Below, one piece after another: positions 58,611 to 64,000 of a DNA stretch of 64,000 nt (its first letter is position 1; every line of letters starts with the position of its first letter). The stretch covers positions 2,240,001 to 2,304,000 of the forward strand of contig OZ252098.1 of assembly GCA_965248355.1 (NCBI GenBank), read 5' to 3'. The position numbers and the translations under genes are program-made. The notes beneath the pieces are model-generated. The model made no database searches. It was not told the DNA's origin and was given only the letters and a program-made list of their open reading frames with translations. This DNA is from Candidatus Latescibacterota bacterium (GTDB lineage: Bacteria; Latescibacterota; UBA2968; UBA8231).

Positions 58611-60638
58611 ATGTCCCGGCTCCTGCAGGGCTGCCTTCTCGGGCTGCTGGCCGCCGGGACCGCCGCCGCCCGGCCGCCCCTGGCCGGGGTCGAGTGGCGC
58701 ACCCTGGACGACCTGCGCCGCCTCGCCGGGGCGGCGACCCTGCGCCACGTGGCCCCCGGGATCGCCCTCGTCGACGCCGAGCCCGCGGACCTGGCCGCCC
58801 TGGGGGCGAGGGTGCGCTTCACGGACCAGGCCCGTCCGGGAGAGAGCTACTTCCTCTCCGACCACGTGCACGCCCGGCCGGCGGGCCCGCCCATCACCAC
58901 CGTCTACCAGGATCCCGGGGGCTGGGCCCTGCACCGGCTGCCCGTGCAGCGGCTGGCGGAAGCCCTCGATCTCGAGCACTTCCTCTACCCCCTGCCCGAG
59001 CGCTACGCCACGCCGTCCCCGGCGGCGCCTAGGGCCGCGCCGCGCCCGGCGCAGCGCTCCCCGTCCCCGGAGGTGCGCGACCTGCTGGACGAGGTCGACC
59101 CGGCGCGCATGCGGGCGGACCTGGAACGGCTGGTCTTCGTCGATCCGGCCGCCGGCGCCGTGGCCGGCAACGTGCGCACCCGGTATGCCCGGCGTCCGGA
59201 GACCTTCGCCAGCACCACCTCCCTGCGGCGGCAGCTGGCCGCCGCCCTGGGAGAGGAGGCCGTCACCCTCGACACCTTCCGGATCGCCCCCGGGGACTCG
59301 CTGATGTACAACGTCATCGGCGAGCTGCGCGGCACCGACCCGGAGGCCGGCTACTGGGTGGTGTGCGCCCACTACGACGCCATCGGCTCCAACTCCCGGC
59401 CCTCGGACATGGCCCGCATCGGCGAGGGCCGGGAGCCCTGGGACTGGCGGCTGCACCCGGCGCCCGGCGCCGACGACAACGGCACGGGGGTCGTGCTGCT
59501 GCTCGAGAGCGCCCGCCTCCTGAGCCGGCGGAGCTTCCCCTTCTCCATCCGCTTCATCGCCTTCTCCGGCGAGGAGCTGGGCCTGTGGGGCAGCCGGCAC
59601 TACGCGGGCCGGGCCGGGGCGCGGCAGGACCGCGTCCTCGGCGTGCTCAACTACGACATGGTGGGCTTCAACGACCTGGCCCGCCGCATCGAGCTGGTCA
59701 CCAACCCGTCGTCGGCCTGGCTCGTGGACCTGATGATCGCCGCCGCGCGGCGCTACGAGCTCGGTCTGCAGATCGACGTCCTCGAGGACCGCTACGCCGG
59801 TCTCAGCGACCACGCGCCCTTCTGGGCCCAGGGCTACGACGCCATCCTCGGCATCGAGAACTACCTGCCCACGGACTCGACCTCGGCGGCGGTCGTCCGC
59901 GGCGACTACCGGGTCAACACCCAGTATCACACCGTGGCCGACTTGCCCGACTCCATCGACTGGGAACTGGTGACGGCCGTGACCCGTCTGACGCTGGCGA
60001 CCCTGGCCCAGTTCGGGGTCGAGGAAGGGCTGCCCAACCTGGCGGTCTTCGGGGGTGATCTGGCCGGCGACGGCTCCGGCGGCCTCCTGGCCCGCATCTC
60101 GAACATCGGGCCGGTCGCCGCGGACGGACCCGTGACCCTGCGCCTGCGGCGCTGCCGGAGCGACTCCAGCGGCTGCGAGGTCGTGTACGAAGGCACCCAT
60201 CCGGGACCCGTGCCCCCGGGGGCGGCGGTGGAGGTGCGCGTGCCCTGGCCGCGCTACGGGGAGGCCCTGTTCCTCGTCGAGGTGGACCCGGAGGACGAGG
60301 TCCTGGAGGAGGTCGAGATCGCCGACAACCGCGCCTTCACCCACGTGCGGCTGGTCCCCGCCGACATCCTCGTCTTCCCCAACCCCTTCCAGCGCTCGCG
60401 CGACGGCTTCGCCCGCTTCTTCGTGCCCGAGTTCTCCCGCCTGCGCATCTTCGAACCCCACGGAGCCCTGGTGTGGCAGGGCCGGGAGGAGTCGGGCAGC
60501 GTCGACCAGCGGGGCGAGATCCGCTGGACGGGCGTCAACGCCGCCGGCCACCTCCTCGGATCGGGGGTCTACTTCTACGACCTGCGCAGCTTCGAGGGGG
60601 ACGCCATCCAGCGGGGCAAGATCGCCCTGCTGAGGTAG
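58611..60638 (+). CDS. Secreted M28 peptidase with CARDB-like and FlgD-Ig-like C-terminal domains
   Basis: CAHYD, GADDNGTG, SGEELGL, SDHAPF, QYH; VFPNPF...WTGVN...GSGVYF. Confidence 0.88.
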   Translation: MSRLLQGCLLGLLAAGTAAARPPLAGVEWRTLDDLRRLAGAATLRHVAPGIALVDAEPADLAALGARVRFTDQARPGESYFLSDHVHARPAGPPITTVYQDPGGWALHRLPVQRLAEALDLEHFLYPLPERYATPSPAAPRAAPRPAQRSPSPEVRDLLDEVDPARMRADLERLVFVDPAAGAVAGNVRTRYARRPETFASTTSLRRQLAAALGEEAVTLDTFRIAPGDSLMYNVIGELRGTDPEAGYWVVCAHYDAIGSNSRPSDMARIGEGREPWDWRLHPAPGADDNGTGVVLLLESARLLSRRSFPFSIRFIAFSGEELGLWGSRHYAGRAGARQDRVLGVLNYDMVGFNDLARRIELVTNPSSAWLVDLMIAAARRYELGLQIDVLEDRYAGLSDHAPFWAQGYDAILGIENYLPTDSTSAAVVRGDYRVNTQYHTVADLPDSIDWELVTAVTRLTLATLAQFGVEEGLPNLAVFGGDLAGDGSGGLLARISNIGPVAADGPVTLRLRRCRSDSSGCEVVYEGTHPGPVPPGAAVEVRVPWPRYGEALFLVEVDPEDEVLEEVEIADNRAFTHVRLVPADILVFPNPFQRSRDGFARFFVPEFSRLRIFEPHGALVWQGREESGSVDQRGEIRWTGVNAAGHLLGSGVYFYDLRSFEGDAIQRGKIALLR

Positions 60639-60648
60639 GGAGGAAGGG

Positions 60649-62415
60649 ATGCGCACAACATCGGCGGGGCGGGTGCTCCTCGGCGCCGGGGCGGCGGCCT
60701 GCCTGGGGCTCGCCTCGGGCGCGGCGGGCGAAACCCTCAGCGCCGAGGCCGTGGCCGCCTATCAGCTGCTCGAGGTCGTCGACCCGGAAGCCGTGCCCGG
60801 CGACTTCACCGGCGGCGCCGAGCCCCACTACTGCGGCACGCCGCTGGCGGTGGCCGCCGTGGAGGCCCTGCAGAGCGCCGACCCCTTCGCCGGCCGCCTG
60901 CTGGCCCGCGCCCTGCAGCGGCCATCCCTGGCCCACGAGGTGGTCACGCCCTCCGGCCGCTTCCGCGTCCACTACGACACCGAGGGCCCGGACGCCGTCG
61001 ATCCCGACTACGTGGACCTGGTGATGACCCTGGCCGACAGCGCCTGGCGCGTGCAGGTCGAGGATCTCGGCTACCGGGAACCGCCGCGGGACGAAGGCCA
61101 GGGCGGCGGCGACGAGGTCGACATCTACCTGACCGACGTGGGCCGCTCGCAGCGCTACGGCCTCACCTATCCCATATCGAGCGGGGTCACCGGCCCTAGC
61201 TACCTCGAGATCGACAACGACTTCGAGAACGCGATCTTCGGCAGCGCCAGCGTCTGCCAGGGATACAGCGGCAGCCGCGGCCTCGACGCCCTGCGGGTCA
61301 CCCTGGCCCACGAGTTCTTCCACGTCGTGCAGTTCGGCTACTACCAGGGCGGCGACGGCAGCTGGTGGCAGGAGGCCACGGCCACGTGGATGGAGGACGT
61401 CGTCCATCCCGGGGTGAACGACTATCTCCAGTACGTGTGCGTCTTCCTGGGCTCCCCGGGGCGCGCCCTCGACGGGGGCGATCCGCGGGTCGACTTCCAC
61501 CCCTACGGCAGCTCGATCTTCGCCTTCTTCCTCGACCAGCGCTACGGCCGCGAGATGGTGCGCCGCACCTGGGAGGAGCACGCCCGGCGCCGCTCCGCGA
61601 ACCTCGACAACTTCGACCGCGCCCTGCGCGACTTCCACGGCGAGGCCGGGATCAGCGGCCCCGAGGCCGGTCTGGAGAGCGCCTTCGCCGACTTCGCGCT
61701 CTGGTCCTGGTTCGTGGGCGACCGCTCCCGAGAGGGGTTCTTCGCCGAGGGCGATCTCTACCCCGCCCGCGAGGAGCCGGCCTTCCCCGTGGCCGCGGGC
61801 ACGGAGGTCTCCGACAGCGGCGCCGTCGACCACATGGCCAGCCGCTACCTCCGCTTCGATCCGCGCCTGCTGCCGGGCGGCGCCACGATCCGCATCGACC
61901 AGCCCCGGGGCCGCTGGCGCAACCGCCTGCTGCTGGCGGCGGCCGGCAGCCTGGAGGTCCTGGACCTGGACCGCACGGCCACGGTGCGCGGCTGGGACGC
62001 CTGGGACGAGGTCGTCCTCGTCCTCAGCGACCTCGACCTGGCCGGCGTCGGCTACGACTACGAGGTGGCGGTGGAATACGACCCGGAGCTGGTCGACCAG
62101 GGCGTGACGCCGCCCGTGGCCTCCAGCCTCGACGCCGCCTGGCCGAACCCCTTCCGGCCGGCCCTGCACGGCGACGTGCTCATCCCCTTCTCCCTGCACC
62201 GCCCCAGCGCCGAGGTTCGCCTGACGCTGTACGCCGCGGACGGCGGACGGGTGCGCAGCTTCGACCTGGGGGCGCGCTCGGCCCGGCGGCATCTCGTGCC
62301 CTGGAACGGCGCCAACGAGTCCGGGGAGCCGGTCGGTTCGGGGATCTACTACGCGGTGCTGGAAGCGGAGGGGCTGTCCCTGCGGCGGGCCCTGGCCGTG
62401 GTGCGCGGCCGCTGA
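60649..62415 (+). CDS. Secreted zinc metalloprotease (HExxH, MXAN_6640-like) with FlgD-Ig-like C-terminus
   Basis: CGT pro-motif, FRVHY, AHEFFHVVQF, WWQEATATWMED; WPNPF...WNGAN...GSGIYY. Confidence 0.82.
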   Translation: MRTTSAGRVLLGAGAAACLGLASGAAGETLSAEAVAAYQLLEVVDPEAVPGDFTGGAEPHYCGTPLAVAAVEALQSADPFAGRLLARALQRPSLAHEVVTPSGRFRVHYDTEGPDAVDPDYVDLVMTLADSAWRVQVEDLGYREPPRDEGQGGGDEVDIYLTDVGRSQRYGLTYPISSGVTGPSYLEIDNDFENAIFGSASVCQGYSGSRGLDALRVTLAHEFFHVVQFGYYQGGDGSWWQEATATWMEDVVHPGVNDYLQYVCVFLGSPGRALDGGDPRVDFHPYGSSIFAFFLDQRYGREMVRRTWEEHARRRSANLDNFDRALRDFHGEAGISGPEAGLESAFADFALWSWFVGDRSREGFFAEGDLYPAREEPAFPVAAGTEVSDSGAVDHMASRYLRFDPRLLPGGATIRIDQPRGRWRNRLLLAAAGSLEVLDLDRTATVRGWDAWDEVVLVLSDLDLAGVGYDYEVAVEYDPELVDQGVTPPVASSLDAAWPNPFRPALHGDVLIPFSLHRPSAEVRLTLYAADGGRVRSFDLGARSARRHLVPWNGANESGEPVGSGIYYAVLEAEGLSLRRALAVVRGR

Positions 62416-62419
62416 GGCT

Positions 62420-63772
62420 TCAGGCGGTCAGGCGATCCTGTTCCCGGCGCAGCGCCGGCAGGAAGCCCTCCTCCAGAGCCACGTCGGCGTAGCGCACCAC
62501 CTCGCCGGCGGCGACGCCGGTCTTCAGCCGGGCCCCCGGCGACAGGCCGAGGGGCAGCAGCCCTTCGGCGCGGGCCTGCTCCGCGGTCTCGATCACCCCG
62601 TTCACCGTGTACCCGCCCCCACCGTCGAGGACCTCGCCGGCGGCCAGGTCCCGCTTGGCCACGGTGACGGTGTCGGCCACCGGCCGCAGGCGGGGCGCGC
62701 CTGTGGGCCGCTGGTAGAGGGCGGCGCGGGCGATGGACAGGGGCGCCTCGACGGCCACGAGGTGGTAGGCCCGCCAGAGCAGGAAGTTGCGGCCCTCCCC
62801 CCCGGCGTGGCAGTGGTAGCCGGCCAGGTCCTCGCGGATGAAGGGGTGCTCGGCGCGGATGACGCAGAACACGCCCGTGCCCAGCGGGTCGGGCAGCATG
62901 GTGCGTCCGTCCGCGGCGACGCTGTTGGCCAGCTCGACCACGCCGGAGCGGCCGAGCAGCCCGCCCTCCTCGCGCAGGCTGAACCGGCGCGGGATCTCCT
63001 CCACGTTCACCGAAGGCTCGTGCATGCCGCGCACGTCGGGCGGCAGGCCGGTCATGTTGGCCAGGGCCGTCATCTCCACCTGGGCCTTGGTGCCGTCCCG
63101 GAAGGAGTTGAACATCCTCGTGTTGATGGTGCGCCGCTCCATGAGATCGTCGTCGAAGCCGTAGCGGTCCTGGACCGAATCGGGGGTACCGGCGGAGTCG
63201 TCGGCGTAGCGCACGGTGCCGCGGCCGGCGGCGACGATCTCGAACCCCAGGGTGCGGGCCCACTCGACCAGGTCCATGATGCAGCCCGGCTGGTCGCCGT
63301 CGACGAGGGTGTAGACCACCCCGGCCGCGTCGGCCCGCCTCTTGAGCAGCGCGCCCACGGTGACGTCGGCCTCGACGTTGACCATGACCACGTGACGGCC
63401 GGCCTCGATCGCCGCCAGGGCGTGGCGGGCGCCGGCCTCGGGCGCGCCGGTGGCCTCGACGACGACGTCCACCTCCGGGCAGGCCGCCGCCAGCAGCGGA
63501 TCCCCGGTGACCGCGCAGCGGCCGGAGCGCACGGCGTCGGCCACGGCGGTCTCGGTCCCGGCCTCGGCGGCGCGTTCCGCCGGGCCGCAGGAGGCCAGCA
63601 CCCGGTGCGCCCGCTCCGGGTCGAGATCGGCGACGACGGCGGCCTCCATGCCCGGCGTCTGGGCCAGCTGCACGATCAGCCCGCCCCCGAACTTGCCGGC
63701 GCCGATGACGGCCACGCGGACCGGACGCCCCCGCCGCTCGCGCTCGGCCAGCAGGTCGCTGTAGAGGCTCAC
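62420..63772 (-). CDS. NAD(P)-dependent oxidoreductase, homoserine-dehydrogenase-like with SAF domain
   Basis: GAGKFG, NVEADVTVG, GDQPG, DGTKAQVEM, AKRDL, LDGGGG. Confidence 0.88.
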   Translation of the reverse strand: MSLYSDLLAERERRGRPVRVAVIGAGKFGGGLIVQLAQTPGMEAAVVADLDPERAHRVLASCGPAERAAEAGTETAVADAVRSGRCAVTGDPLLAAACPEVDVVVEATGAPEAGARHALAAIEAGRHVVMVNVEADVTVGALLKRRADAAGVVYTLVDGDQPGCIMDLVEWARTLGFEIVAAGRGTVRYADDSAGTPDSVQDRYGFDDDLMERRTINTRMFNSFRDGTKAQVEMTALANMTGLPPDVRGMHEPSVNVEEIPRRFSLREEGGLLGRSGVVELANSVAADGRTMLPDPLGTGVFCVIRAEHPFIREDLAGYHCHAGGEGRNFLLWRAYHLVAVEAPLSIARAALYQRPTGAPRLRPVADTVTVAKRDLAAGEVLDGGGGYTVNGVIETAEQARAEGLLPLGLSPGARLKTGVAAGEVVRYADVALEEGFLPALRREQDRLTA

Positions 63773-64000
63773 AGGGTCACGGTCCGGCCCGTCTGCCCGG
63801 CCTCGAGGGCGGCCAGGCAGAGGGCCAGGGACTTCACCGCGTCGCCGTAGGGCGAGCGGACCCTCGAGCCGTCGCCGGCGGCCACGGCCTCGACGAAGAC
63901 CTCGTCGATCCCCGGGCCGGGGGCGGTGCGGGTCTCGGTCGCCATCTCCTCCCCGGCGCCGTCCTCGGAGGGGCGCCGGCGGCGGACGGCCACCTGGTCC
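63769..64000 (-). CDS. 3' end of a Gfo/Idh/MocA-type oxidoreductase (truncated by window edge)
   Basis: DEVFVEAVAAGDGSRVRSPYGDAVKSLALCLAA...GRTVTL. Confidence 0.7.
   Translation of the reverse strand, partial: DQVAVRRRRPSEDGAGEEMATETRTAPGPGIDEVFVEAVAAGDGSRVRSPYGDAVKSLALCLAALEAGQTGRTVTL

Noticed and set aside
56391..60638. 1415-aa ORF
   Set aside because: Off-frame shadow over cstA; the real M28 peptidase starts at 58611 with a signal peptide
1..64000. Numerous overlapping Arg/Pro/Gly-rich ORFs in the track
   Set aside because: Typical alternative-frame artefacts of high GC; each overlaps a motif-supported gene
1..64000. CRISPR array, reverse transcriptase (retron/DGR/intron), rRNA, prophage
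   Set aside because: No regularly spaced repeats, RT motifs, rRNA-like tracts or phage structural genes found by eye

Overview
High-GC bacterial chromosomal window. Its gene content (PhyH-HEAT fusion, many SDR/Gfo-Idh-MocA/enolase-superfamily enzymes, BNR-repeat glycosidase, proteases with FlgD-Ig-like C-termini) resembles FCB-group organisms such as Latescibacterota; this is inference only. Core genes are pheA, tRNA-Cys/tRNA-Leu(UAA), an NAD salvage run (pncA-pncB-aminotransferase-nadE), sucA-sucB-lpdA, single-chain purL and cstA. Accessory or defence patches: (i) 10.4-15.1 kb, XRE pseudogene / IS3-disrupted small toxin-like gene / stand-alone Mrr-N protein / hipBA-like pair; (ii) a double HARE-HTH Mrr nuclease; (iii) a low-GC Septu-like ATPase+HNH pair joined to the lpdA 3' end; (iv) a low-GC, coupled PD-(D/E)XK-like + PIN two-gene module, the best candidate here for an uncharacterised TA/defence system; (v) a ~12 kb mosaic island (39.7-51.9 kb) bounded by a duplicated enolase 3' end, holding three same-orientation IS91/ISCR transposase pieces, an oriIS-like end and captured cargo, including an unusual DUF59-fusion protein. 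There is also a candidate stand-alone small RNA at ~22.03-22.12 kb and several collapsed gene relics. No CRISPR array, rRNA, reverse transcriptase or integrase was seen. All family assignments are from motif recognition, not database searches.
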